Assembly (NCBI GenBank): GCA_963708025.1
Contig: CAVPSB010000019.1
Span: forward strand, 1-64,000
DNA length: 64,000 nt
Source: an uncultured Candidatus Rokubacteria bacterium
Lineage (GTDB): Bacteria; Methylomirabilota; Methylomirabilia; Rokubacteriales; DASRDR01
Direction of reading: 5' to 3'
Shown: one piece after another, positions 51,012 to 60,890 of the stretch
How positions within the stretch are numbered: the first letter of the stretch is position 1
Layout: every line of letters begins with the position of its first letter
Position numbers and translations under genes: made by a program
Notes under the pieces: generated by a model
The model's input: only the letters and a program-made list of their open reading frames with translations
Told to the model about the DNA's origin: nothing
The model's database searches: none

Positions 51012-51758
51012 GACGTGCGGCAGGCGGAGGTGCTGCTGTACACGGCGGCGGAGACGATCCAGGACATCGAGCGCCGGATGGAGCAGACCGAGAACCTGAT
51101 CAGCTTCCTGCTCGGCCGGAATCCGGACGCCGTGCCGCGGGGCCGGCCGCTGGTCCAGCACGACATTCCCCCCACGGTGCCGGCGGGGTTGCCGTCCACC
51201 CTGCTCGAGCGCCGGCCGGACATCCGGCTGGCCGAGAGCCAGCTCGCGGCGGCCACCGCCCGGATCGGCGTGGCCAAGGCCGACTACTTCCCGCGGGTGC
51301 TGCTCACGGGCTCGGCGGGGGGCGGGGGAATGAACCTCAACGGGACCTGGTTCGGCCCCTTCGCGCTACTCGGGATCGGGCCCCAGGTGAGCCTGCCCAT
51401 CATCAACATGGGGCGCATCGGGGCGAACGTGGACTCGGCCGAGGCCCGGGCGCAGGAGGCGCTGGTCCGCTACCGGCAGACGATCCGGCAGGCGTTCCGG
51501 GAGGTCTCGGACGCGCTCGTGGAGCACCGCAAGCGGCAGGAGTTCCGCATCCAGCAGGAGCTGCTCGTGACCTCGCTGCGGGACGCGGCGCGGCTGGCGG
51601 AGATTCGCTACCGCGGCGGCGTCTCGAGCTACCTGGAGGTCCTGGACACCGAGCGCCAGCTCTTCGACGCCGAGCTGCTGCTGGTGCAGTCCCAGCGCGA
51701 CGAGCTGCTCGCGGTCGTGCGGCTCTACCGGGCGCTGGGCGGCGGCTGGCAGTCGTAG
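51012..51758 (+). pseudogene. C-terminal half of a NodT/TolC-family efflux outer-membrane factor
   Basis: PSTLLERRPDI, YLEVLD, LYRALGGGW; N-terminal half and start absent. Confidence 0.75.
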
Positions 51759-51769
51759 CGCCCGGCCCG

Positions 51770-52030
51770 TCCGCCCGGATCGCCGTCGCGCTGGCGTGTC
51801 TCGTCGTCGTCGCGGCGCCGGGTCTCGTCGTCGCCGCCGACGTGGTCCCGTCGTTCCCGCCGTCCCTCGACCGCTACCAGGGCGAGTCGGGCCTGTCGCT
51901 GTGGGGTGTCCTGGCGCACCGCGTCCGCGTCGAGGGTCGCGACGGTGCTGTTCGCCCTCGCCATCCTCCACACCTTCGCGGCCTCCCGCTTCACGGCGTG
52001 GTCGCATCGTCTCCGGGAGGCGAGCGAGTC
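51770..52030 (+). pseudogene. N-terminal fragment of a putative Na+/H+ antiporter (DUF1504-like)
   Basis: FPPSLDRY..LAHRVRVE, then shifted ATVLFALAILHTFAASRF; no start, truncated. Confidence 0.5.
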
Positions 52031-53640
52031 GCTCAGGAACTCCGCGGGGTCGAGCATGCGGGCCAGGACCCCGCGGAGCTTCCGCTCGTCCAGGATGGTG
52101 GTCATGTACCGGCCCTTCACCCCCTGGCCCGGCCGGTGGACGGTGGCGAAGACGCCCGCCCGGCGCTCCAGGAAGTCCAGCACCCGCGCGGCGAAGTGAG
52201 GCAGCCGGCGCGCCACCTCCGGGGAGTAGACCCTGACGGCGCAGAGCGGCAGGAGCCCCACCATGGAGCGGACCTTGAGCCGGGTGGACTTGCCGTCGGG
52301 AAGGCGGAGGACGTCGTAGAAGAAGCCATTCTCCTCGTCCCACATCCCGTCGTCGCCGACGCGGCCCATGGCCGAGGCGATCCACACGAAGTGCTCGTAG
52401 AACTTCACGGCGAGGGACTCGTAGGCGGGGTCCTCCAGCGCCAGCTCCAGCGCGATCTCCAGCATGTTCTGGGCGAAGAGCGCCATCCAGGCCGTCCCGT
52501 CCGCCTGGTCGAGGTAGCCGCCGGTGGGCAGCGGCGCGCTCCGGTCGAAGACGCCGATGTTGTCGAGGCCGAGGAAGCCGCCCTCGAAGACGTTCCGGCC
52601 CGTGCGGTCCTTCCGGTTCACCCACCACGTGAAGTTCAGCAGGAGCTTCTGGAACATCTCCGCGAGCCGCTGGCGCGCCCGCGGGTCGCGGGTCATCTTG
52701 TAGTTGAACAGGGTCGCCCACGCGTGGACCGGCGGGTTCACGTCCCCGAAGTTCCACTCGTAGGCGGGGATCTGGCCGTTGGGGTGGAGGTAGCGCTCCT
52801 CGAGCATCAGCCCCAGCTGCTCCGCCGCGAAGTCGGGGTCCACCAGCGTGAGGGCGAGCGTGTGGAACGCCAGGTCCCAGGCCGCGAACCAGGGATACTC
52901 CCACTTGTCCGGCATGGAGATGACGTCCTCGGTCGCCATGTGGAACCAATGGCTGTTCCGGACCGAGGGCGCGGAGCCGGCCAGCGGATCGGCGCCGCGC
53001 TCCATGAGCCAGTGGTAGACGTCGAAGATGAACGTCTGCTTGGACCACAGCATGCCCGCGTAGCCCTGACGCAGCACGCGGGCGGGGTCGGCGTCGGCCG
53101 AGGGCGGGGTCAACGCCGCGTAGAACTCGTCGGCCTCGCGGCGGCGGGCGGCGAACGCGTCCTCGAAGGCGGCGCCGAACGGCTCGCCGAGCGCCGCCGG
53201 CGGGCGGTCGGTCAGCCGGAGGCGCACGACGGCGGTCCCGCCCGGCGGCATCGCCAGCGCGTAGTGGATCGCGCACTTCGTCCCCGGCCCCTCGGGATTG
53301 ACCGCCTCGCGGCGGCCGTGCACCACGTAGTCGTCGATCCCGTCCTTGACGGACCGGGTCGAGCTGGGCTGGCCGAACAGCCGCGGGGCGTTCGTCTCGT
53401 TCTCGGTGAAGAGCACGGCCCCGGCGTCCTCGCAGTAGAGGTAGCGCTCGCCCAGCTTGGCGTGGCGGGCCACGACGACCGGCGAGGGGCCCTGGCCGCC
53501 GAGGAGCGCCAGCACCGGCCGCGGGGCCTCGGGCGACTTCCACCAGGTGTTGCGGAGCCAGAGGTGCGGCAGCACGTGGAGCGGTCCGACATCGGGGCCC
53601 CGGTTGGCGACGCTGATGCGGATCAGCAGGTCCGGCCCGA
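52028..53640 (-). pseudogene. Internal fragment of an MGH1/GH63-like glucosidase
   Basis: ISMPDKWEYPWFAAWDLAFH, GGFLGLDNIGVFDRS, RSMVGL; both termini missing. Confidence 0.8.
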
Positions 53641-53653
53641 AAGGAGAGATCCG

Positions 53654-54343
53654 ATGAAGGCGTTTCTCGCACTGGCGGCAGTGATGCTCTTGCTCGGGGC
53701 GGGCTGCGCCACCACGGTGCGGCAAACGGCGGAGCAATCGCCGATCATCTGTGGATTCCTGGGGGCGAATCTGTGTGCCGAGCTCAAGCCGGGCGCGAAG
53801 GAGGAAGCAGGCCTGCGCTACGTGAATCCGAAGGGCATGTTCGCCCAGTACGACAAGGTGATGATCGTCGTGGTTGGCTTCTTCGGTGGCGATCCGGCCA
53901 AGGTGCCGCCCAAGGACGAGCAGCAGCTCACGGACCTCTTCTACAAGAATCTCCACGAGGCGCTGGCCAAGCGGTACCAGGTGGTGGACGAGGTCGGTCC
54001 CGGAGTGATGAAGGTCGAGGTCGCGCTCCTCGATGCCGAGGCGGCGACGCCGGGGGTGCGCTCGCTCACGATGGTGGTTCCCCAGCTGCGGGTGCTCAGC
54101 ACCGGCTACGCCCTCGTGGCAGGAAGTTACCCGTTCTCGGGGGGAGGTCAGGCCGCCGCCAGGATCTCGGACTCGATGACCGAGCAGGTCCTCGGACTCG
54201 CCGTGGATCGCCGGGCCGGGGGTGGGGCGATCCAGACCGCTGCCCAGTGGCGGTGGGGAGACGCCGAGAACGCGATCAAGGTCTGGTCCTCGCTGCTCGC
54301 CGACGGAATGTATGCGTACACCTCGGGCGCGAGGAAGCCTTGA
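53654..54343 (+). CDS. DUF3313-like lipoprotein
   Basis: AAGGAG RBS; lipobox GAGC; LRYVNP..YDKVM, AVDRRAG, WGD. Confidence 0.75.
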   Translation: MKAFLALAAVMLLLGAGCATTVRQTAEQSPIICGFLGANLCAELKPGAKEEAGLRYVNPKGMFAQYDKVMIVVVGFFGGDPAKVPPKDEQQLTDLFYKNLHEALAKRYQVVDEVGPGVMKVEVALLDAEAATPGVRSLTMVVPQLRVLSTGYALVAGSYPFSGGGQAAARISDSMTEQVLGLAVDRRAGGGAIQTAAQWRWGDAENAIKVWSSLLADGMYAYTSGARKP

Positions 54344-54526
54344 CGAATGCGGTTCTCCCGGAGAGGATTCTCACGACGCATAGAGACGGGCCATCGACGC
54401 TCCAACACCATCGAGTGCACCGCCGCGGCTTCCCCGAGATCAGTGGCCTCGCGACGGCCACCACGATTCTGGGTGTAGCCCCGCCGTTCCGCGAGGTCTC
54501 GGACGTGCTCGTCGAGCATCGCCGGG

Positions 54527-54922
54527 TCAGCGCAGGCGATGGATGCCCGGTACGCCGTCGAAGCCGGCGTCGAAGCTCAGGATCCGGGCGATGCCGTGGC
54601 GCTCCATGACCGCAACGTGGAGGGCGTCGCGCGCAGACAGCTGCCGTTTGCCCAGGACGATCGCTTTGGCTCGCTCCACGATGGCCAGGCTCGACCGGGA
54701 GCACCTCGTCGACCACACCGAGGAGGGCGTCGAAGGCGGGCTGGATCGCGTCTCGGCGGTCGATCGCGACATAGCGGTGCAGGATCTCTGTAGCACCTCG
54801 GCGTCGGTGACGAGGCGCTCGCGCTCGGTGATGCAGCGCTCGAGCAGTCGCTGGGCGTCCGCCTTGTGCGCATGCGTCGCGCCCACGAGGTACATGGGGA
54901 TGTTCGAGTCGACGAGGATCAC
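54527..54922 (-). CDS. vapC: VapC-type PIN toxin (frameshifted)
   Basis: [32 protein letters not shown]. Confidence 0.8.
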   Translation of the reverse strand: MILVDSNIPMYLVGATHAHKADAQRLLERCITERERLVTDAEVLQRSCTAMSRSTAETRSSPPSTPSSVWSTRCSRSSLAIVERAKAIVLGKRQLSARDALHVAVMERHGIARILSFDAGFDGVPGIHRLR

Positions 54923-55175
54923 CCGCGGGGCTCGGCGACGTAGCCGCGCTCGATGTCGGTGAGAATCTGCTGGATATCCTCCGATGGGAAGGCATGGCGG
55001 GCGGCGGCCCGGACAGACCGCGATCTTCGTGCCGAGATCGCCGACGGGCTCCGCCGGCGCGCGGCTCGCAGCGCCTGACGGACCCATTCGGCCACGGTCA
55101 TGCGCTGGGCGCGGGCTGCGCGCTGGATCCCCGGAGCTCGGCGTCGTCCAGGAGTACCTGCAGGCGCCTGCTCAT
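54919..55175 (-). CDS. Antitoxin (RHH-like; frameshifted)
   Basis: [30 protein letters not shown]; 4-nt overlap with the toxin start. Confidence 0.75.
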
Positions 55176-55210
55176 GTGCTGAGCATAAGTGACTCGATCG
55201 AGATGAGTCA
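55169..55210. promoter_or_regulatory. Paired inverted repeats, putative toxin-antitoxin operator
   Basis: tgctca-N5-tgagca over the start codon and tgactc-N9-gagtca just upstream. Confidence 0.55.
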
Positions 55211-55255
55211 ACCGACCTGAGCACCGAGCCACCGGCGGTTGCGCAGGTCATTGGT

Positions 55256-55408
55256 CGCAGGCGTACTCCGAGTACGCCGAGGATCGGCGACGACCGAGGA
55301 CGACCATAGGTCGGGACGGACGCCCCCAGGCCGAAGGCCGTCCGATCGACGTAGGCCGAGCGCGTCCCGGCCGCGATGAACGATGCGACGCTCATCGGCC
55401 CTGCCCCC
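55256..55408 (-). repeat. Structured palindromic element family 1, copy D (3'-truncated, with the copy B module)
   Basis: Core as in copy C plus cggccgggacgcgctcggcct..ggccttcggcct..cgtcccgacct. Confidence 0.85.
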
Positions 55409-57093
55409 TACCGCATGGTGCGGAGGATCGCGGCCCGGGCCTGGGCGTCCTGCGCCTCGGTCGTCTTGCCCTCCGCCCGGTAGACGCGGGCCAGGTTCTC
55501 GAGAAGGTCGGCCGTGCTCGGATGGTTCTTCGGGAGCTGGACCTCGGGGCTATCGTAGATGGTGAGCGCGCGGCGAAGCAGTCCTTCGGCCTCCGCGTGC
55601 TTGCCCTGGGCGTCGCGGAGGAGCGCCAGGTTCGTGAGGCTCAGCGCAAGGTCCGGGTGGTCGGCGCGGAGGGCCCGCGTCCGGATATCGAGGGCGCGTC
55701 GATAGAGCGGCTCGGCGTCCGCGTACCGCCCCTGCGCCCGGTACACCTCGGCCAGGTCGTTGAGGCTGGTGGCGAGATCGGGGTGGTTCGGCCCCAGCGC
55801 TTGCTCCTGTTTCTGGAGCGTCCAGCGCGCCAGGGGCGCGGCCTCGTCGTACCGGCCCTGCGCCCGGAAGAGGGCGGCCAGGAGGCCGAGCGTCGCGGCC
55901 GACTCCGGGTGGTCGGGGCCCAGCGCCTTTTCACGGATGGTGAGCGCGCGACGAAAGCGCGACTCGGCGTCGGCGTACCGCCCCTGGTCCTCGGCCAGGA
56001 GGCCCATCCCGACCAGGCTGTCGGCGACCACCGGATGCTCGGGCCCGACCGCCCGCTCGCCGAGGGTCAGCGCGGTGCGGCCGAGCGGCTCGGCGTCGCT
56101 GTAGCGCGCCAGGATGCGGTAGACCTCGACGAGGTTGTTCAGGACCCGGACCAGGTCCGGGTGATCTGGACCGAGCGCTCGCTTCGCGACCGCGAGCGAC
56201 TGCTCGGCCTCCGACTCGGCCTCGGAATACCGGCCGTGCAGCCGGTGGATCAGGGCGCGCTCGTTGAGGCTCCGGGCCGTGTCGGGGTGGTCCGGACCGA
56301 GGCTCTTGCGACGGATCGCGAGCGTGCGCTCGGCGAGCCGCTCCGCCTCGGCCCACCGGCCGGTCAGGCGCTCCAGCCGGGCGAGCGTCTCGGTGCTGGC
56401 CGCGATGTCCGGGTGCTCCGGAGCCAGCAGTCGCTCCCGGATCGTCAACCCACGGCGAGCCAGCGGCTCGGCTTCCGCGTACCGGCCCTGGCTGTCCAGG
56501 ATGTCCGCCCGCACGTTCAGCGTGTGGGCGAGGAGCTCGTCGTCGGAGGGAGGTGCCTTCTCCCGGATCGCGAGGGTCCGCCGGGACAGCGCCTCGGCCT
56601 CGCCGTAACGTCCGATCGCCTGCTGGAGCAGGGCCAGCTCGTCCAGCGGCTCGGCGAGGGAGGGATGGCCGATCCCGAGCGCCTGCTCGCGCAACCGCAG
56701 GGCCCGCTCGAGCAAGGGGCGCGCCGCGGCGTAGTTGCCAGCCAGCCGCAGCAGGCCCGCCTCGATCGTGAGGCTCGTCGCGATATCGGGATGCTGCACG
56801 CCCAGCGTCCCTTCCTGGAGCGTCACGGCCTCCTTCGCCTTGGCGATGCCCGCCGCGTATTGACCGTCGCGACCCAGTTGCCGGGCCGCGCCGTTCAGCT
56901 CCCTGGCTCGCTGGGCCGCAGCGGGCGCTTGCGCCGCCAGCGGCGCCGGCAGGGCCAGGGCCAGGGCGAGAACCGCGAGAGCCGAGAGAAGTGAGAGCCT
57001 GTGCAGTGACCGGTAGGTCCGAACTGCGGTCAGGCGAGGCCGCCGGCGCGACCGATCACCGGGCGGGGGGGAAGGGTGAACCGGGGGTCCCAC
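55408..57093 (-). CDS. Exported TPR protein (42-aa kinesin-light-chain-type repeats); start uncertain
   Basis: About 11 repeats of LGPDHPD.A.SL..LA..Y..QG.Y..AE; hydrophobic leader; no CHAT domain. Confidence 0.85.
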   Translation of the reverse strand: MGPPVHPSPPPGDRSRRRPRLTAVRTYRSLHRLSLLSALAVLALALALPAPLAAQAPAAAQRARELNGAARQLGRDGQYAAGIAKAKEAVTLQEGTLGVQHPDIATSLTIEAGLLRLAGNYAAARPLLERALRLREQALGIGHPSLAEPLDELALLQQAIGRYGEAEALSRRTLAIREKAPPSDDELLAHTLNVRADILDSQGRYAEAEPLARRGLTIRERLLAPEHPDIAASTETLARLERLTGRWAEAERLAERTLAIRRKSLGPDHPDTARSLNERALIHRLHGRYSEAESEAEQSLAVAKRALGPDHPDLVRVLNNLVEVYRILARYSDAEPLGRTALTLGERAVGPEHPVVADSLVGMGLLAEDQGRYADAESRFRRALTIREKALGPDHPESAATLGLLAALFRAQGRYDEAAPLARWTLQKQEQALGPNHPDLATSLNDLAEVYRAQGRYADAEPLYRRALDIRTRALRADHPDLALSLTNLALLRDAQGKHAEAEGLLRRALTIYDSPEVQLPKNHPSTADLLENLARVYRAEGKTTEAQDAQARAAILRTMR

Positions 57094-57121
57094 GGTGTTC
57101 CGGGCGCCGGCTCGGGGTCGA

Positions 57122-57793
57122 CTACTTGTTGAGGAGCGTCGCCGTCCAACCGATGCTGGCGGCGACATCGGCCGCCTCGGGTGCGCTGCAGGGCTTACCA
57201 CGGACCGCGAAGCTCCGCTTGGAGGCGCCGACGGCGCAGGTGCCGAATGGTGTCAGGAGGTCGGCGCTGCCTTGCACGGTGCTCACCACGGCCCGACCAT
57301 CATCGGCGAGGCGCACGCTGACCTCTCCGTCCTGCACAGCGGCCGTTCCCACCGACACCTCGACCTCGGAGCTCCGTGCCCCCGTGAGCATGCGGGGGCC
57401 GCGGCGACCCGTCTTCAGCCACACCTCGCCCGTCTCGAGCCGGATGATTCGCGTGTCGCCCTGCTTCTCGGTCCACCGCGACAGCAACCGGAGCGTCGTC
57501 CGCTCGTTCAGCGCGAGCCGGGTGCCATCCTTGAACTCGATCATGGCCCCGCCACGGGGGGCGGTCTTGAGCAGGTCCTTCTCGAAGAGCGGGAGCGCGC
57601 CCCGACCGTCGAGCCGCTCCTCGATTCCGTCGGCCCGGATGACGACCAGCAGGACGGCGTTCTCGACGGTCCCGATGGTGGGGTTCTGGGCGTCCAAGCG
57701 CTCCGGGTGGATCCCGACGCCCAGGGCGCCGGCCAGCACCAGGGCGATCCCGAACCGCAACACGTGACCGCCGAACCGGATGCTCGACATCAC
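57122..57793 (-). CDS. FecR-domain protein
   Basis: Signal peptide; D.LKT..G.A.IEFKDGT.LALNERT, LETGEVW, VGT. Confidence 0.75.
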   Translation of the reverse strand: MMSSIRFGGHVLRFGIALVLAGALGVGIHPERLDAQNPTIGTVENAVLLVVIRADGIEERLDGRGALPLFEKDLLKTAPRGGAMIEFKDGTRLALNERTTLRLLSRWTEKQGDTRIIRLETGEVWLKTGRRGPRMLTGARSSEVEVSVGTAAVQDGEVSVRLADDGRAVVSTVQGSADLLTPFGTCAVGASKRSFAVRGKPCSAPEAADVAASIGWTATLLNK

Positions 57794-57799
57794 CCCCCC

Positions 57800-58813
57800 C
57801 TAGCGGCTCACCACGACCCGGATCGGCTTGCGTCCCACCGGCACCGTCGCCACCACCTGGCTGGACCCGGTATCGACGACGCGCAGATCGTTCGACGTCT
57901 CGTGGACGACGTAGACTCGCGTCCCCTCCGGGTTCGCCCAGATGCCGTTCGGTCGCTCGCCGACGTCGATCCGCTCCAGGAACCGCGGGTTCCGGGGATC
58001 GCCGGCGATGACGAGCACCTTGTTCAGGCCGGCCAGCGTCACGTAGGCGTTGGGCCCCTGAAGCCCCTTGAACCCGAAGGCGATCTGCTGGGGCGCCGGG
58101 CCGACCTCGATGGTCGCGATCTTCTCCTGGGTGGCGGGATCGATCACGTAGATGTCGCTGTCCCCGGTGTTGCTCCCCCAGATGAGGCCGTCGGGGCCGA
58201 GGATGAGGAAGTGCGGATTGTTCCCGACCGGGATCGTCTTGATGACGGCCAGCGTGCTGGTGTCCACCACCGCGACCATCTTGTCGCCCTGGTTGGAGAC
58301 GTAGGCGAAGCGACCGTCCCGGCTGAAGGCGAGCCCGGTCGGCCCTTTCCCGGTCGGGATGGTACCGAGGATCTGGAAGGTCGCCGTGTCCACGATCGAC
58401 ACGTTGTCGTCGGCGATGTTCGCGACCCAGGCCCGGTGGTTGTCGTTGGTCAGCGTCACGACGTGGCAGCGGCCGCCGGTGGGGATCGAGGCGATCGTCT
58501 CGAGCCGCGTGGTGTCGATGACCGAGAGGTTGCCCGAGCCGAGATTCGTGGCGAAGAGCCACTTCCCGTCGCGGCTGAGGGACAGGTCGTGCGTGGACTG
58601 GTTCCGGGCGTCGACGGTCCCGACCACCTTGTAGGTGGCGGCGTCGATGACCGTCACGTTGTTGGAGCTCTCGTTGGCCACGTAGATCCGGGCGCCGGGA
58701 CGCGAGCTCTGCGCGGATTCCATCGGGGCACAGGCCACGACCAGACCGGCCACCAGGGCGGTCAAGGCCAGTCCGAAGGCCGGCGGGCAGGAACGGCGGT
58801 GCTGTCCGGTCAT
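57800..58813 (-). CDS. YVTN-type beta-propeller lipoprotein
   Basis: Lipobox VVAC; YVANESSNNVTVID, IPVGNNP repeats. Confidence 0.85.
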   Translation of the reverse strand: MTGQHRRSCPPAFGLALTALVAGLVVACAPMESAQSSRPGARIYVANESSNNVTVIDAATYKVVGTVDARNQSTHDLSLSRDGKWLFATNLGSGNLSVIDTTRLETIASIPTGGRCHVVTLTNDNHRAWVANIADDNVSIVDTATFQILGTIPTGKGPTGLAFSRDGRFAYVSNQGDKMVAVVDTSTLAVIKTIPVGNNPHFLILGPDGLIWGSNTGDSDIYVIDPATQEKIATIEVGPAPQQIAFGFKGLQGPNAYVTLAGLNKVLVIAGDPRNPRFLERIDVGERPNGIWANPEGTRVYVVHETSNDLRVVDTGSSQVVATVPVGRKPIRVVVSR

Positions 58814-58914
58814 GGCTCCCCCTTTGGACCGGGCGACGCCTCGGTGGTGGGATTCTAGCGCCAGGGAACCCTGGGGACCAAGCCTTTTCCCGGCAAGTAC
58901 TCGGCGCCCGGCGT

Positions 58915-59934
58915 CTACTGGAAGATCTCGTTGAAGCGGGCCTTCAGGCTCCCCGCCTCCTTCTCCACGTAGTCGTAATCGACCGGTATCAGCTTGAGCG
59001 AGGCGAGCGGCGGGTTTCCGGGCGGCGGCTCGACGTCGGCGCGGGCGGCGTAGATCCCCTCGGTCGGGAAGAGCTTCTGCACGGTGTCCCCGATCATGAA
59101 CTCGGCGAACGCCTTGGCGGCGTTGGGGTGGGGCGAGCCCTTGATCACCGACGTCGGGGCGGCGATGGCGAAGGCCCCGTCGGCCGGGAACAGCGTCTGG
59201 ACCTTGTGCCCCGCCTGCCGATCCTCCCAGGTGTAGGTGTCGGCGCCCTCGGCGGCCACCAGCCGCTCGCCGCGCTTGAGGGCGTCGGCGACCTGCTGGT
59301 GCCCCTGGACGATCATGATGTCGTTGGCCCGGAGCTTCCGGTAGAAGTCCCAGCCGTACTTCTGGGACAGCGTCGCGACCACCATGAGCTGGATCGCCGT
59401 GAAGGACGGGTCGGGCATCACCATCTGCCCCTTGTACCGAGGGTCGGTGAGGTCGGTCCAGTTCTTCGGCAGCTCCACGCCCTTGTCCGTCCGGACCACG
59501 ATCCCGACCAGGTTCAGCCGCTGAGCGATGTGCCGGCCCTGGGGGTCCTTCACCGCGGAGGGAACCTTGTCGAAGTGCTTTGGCCGGAACGGGACCAGGA
59601 GGTCCTTCTTGATCATGGCGCTGGCCGCCGCCGGGTCGGAGATGGTCAGGACGTCGGCGACGAAGCGCCGGGCGTCCACCTCCTGCATGAACCGGCGAAG
59701 CACCGCCGAGCCGCCCGACCGGAACAGCTCCACCTTGATCCCGGTCTCGGCCTGGAACAGGTTGGCGATCTTCTGGGCGGTGGCGACCGGCGTCGACGTG
59801 TACCAGGTGACGGCCCCCTCCCGCTTGGCCCCGGCCAGATCCACCGGATCGGGGGTGAAGTCGGCGGCTCCCGCGACGAGGGCGAGCGGGCCGACGAGGA
59901 GCACGACGAGCAGCAGGGTCCGAACCGTGCGCAT
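58915..59934 (-). CDS. Fe3+-type ABC substrate-binding protein
   Basis: AKREGAVTWYTS, WTDLTDP.YKG, PHPNAAK. Confidence 0.85.
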   Translation of the reverse strand: MRTVRTLLLVVLLVGPLALVAGAADFTPDPVDLAGAKREGAVTWYTSTPVATAQKIANLFQAETGIKVELFRSGGSAVLRRFMQEVDARRFVADVLTISDPAAASAMIKKDLLVPFRPKHFDKVPSAVKDPQGRHIAQRLNLVGIVVRTDKGVELPKNWTDLTDPRYKGQMVMPDPSFTAIQLMVVATLSQKYGWDFYRKLRANDIMIVQGHQQVADALKRGERLVAAEGADTYTWEDRQAGHKVQTLFPADGAFAIAAPTSVIKGSPHPNAAKAFAEFMIGDTVQKLFPTEGIYAARADVEPPPGNPPLASLKLIPVDYDYVEKEAGSLKARFNEIFQ

Positions 59935-59943
59935 GGGGGCCTC

Positions 59944-60858
59944 CTATCCGCGATAGATCGGCGCCGGCTGGCTGAAGAACGCCTCGAGGATGTGGTGGGC
60001 CAGCCGGTAGTTCGTCTGGTGAAAGCTGGCGTGGGCGATCCCCGGCATGACCGCGAACTGCTTGTCCGGGTTCGGGAGGCGGGCGAAGAACTCCAGGAGA
60101 TCCTCGAACCCGGCGATGCCGTCGTACTGCCCACGCATGATGATCGTGGGCACGGTGATCCGCTCCGGGTCCACGACCGGCAGGTTCGCGCACATGTCCA
60201 CGTAGGTCCCGGTGGGGACGGAGTCGTCGAGCGCCAGGATGGCGTCGGCGAAGGCCTCGATGGTCGCGTCGTCGGCGGTGCCCGGGTGGTCGCGGGTGAA
60301 GATGCTCCGGACGAAGGCGCGGTCGATCGGCCGGCGGTTCCTGGCCCGGAACTCGGGCAGGCGCTTCCGCCGCGCCTCCAGCGTCGGGCTGCCCCGGCCG
60401 GTCCAGACGAAGGCGTCCAGGGCGAGCCGCTTCACCCGCTCGGGGTGGCGCTGGGCGAAGAGCGCGGCCCGCAGGGCCCCCGATGAGATCCCGTACATGA
60501 GCACGGCGTCGACGCCCCGGGTGTGGCGGATGTAGGCGGTGGCGGCGACCAGGTCGTCGGCGCCGGTGGCGATGTCGGCGTTGATGTCGCGGGTCTTGTC
60601 GGAGCGGCCGTAGCCTTCGTGATCCACGCACCAGGTGTCGTAGCCCAGCCGGGCGAAGTAGTCCATCACCGACGAGTCGGGCCGGCCCGGCACCTGGAGA
60701 TCGAACGTCGGCTGGGAGGCCATCGAGGAGCCGTGGACGAAGACGATCGTCCCCAGCTGTCCCTCGGGCGTGCCCGCGAACTTCTCCCACAGGAAGAGCC
60801 GGAGGCCGTCCTTGTGGGTCCAGTGCTCCTGGCCGGTGATGCGGGGTTCCGCCGTCAT
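59944..60858 (-). CDS. Alpha/beta hydrolase
   Basis: FVHGSS, GYGRS, GISSG, IAH. Confidence 0.85.
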   Translation of the reverse strand: MTAEPRITGQEHWTHKDGLRLFLWEKFAGTPEGQLGTIVFVHGSSMASQPTFDLQVPGRPDSSVMDYFARLGYDTWCVDHEGYGRSDKTRDINADIATGADDLVAATAYIRHTRGVDAVLMYGISSGALRAALFAQRHPERVKRLALDAFVWTGRGSPTLEARRKRLPEFRARNRRPIDRAFVRSIFTRDHPGTADDATIEAFADAILALDDSVPTGTYVDMCANLPVVDPERITVPTIIMRGQYDGIAGFEDLLEFFARLPNPDKQFAVMPGIAHASFHQTNYRLAHHILEAFFSQPAPIYRG

Positions 60859-60890
60859 GAGGCTGTCCTCCTCTGTGAGAGATGCCGCGC

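Noticed and set aside
55500-56800. 126-nt periodicity
   Set aside because: Explained by 42-aa TPR repeats.
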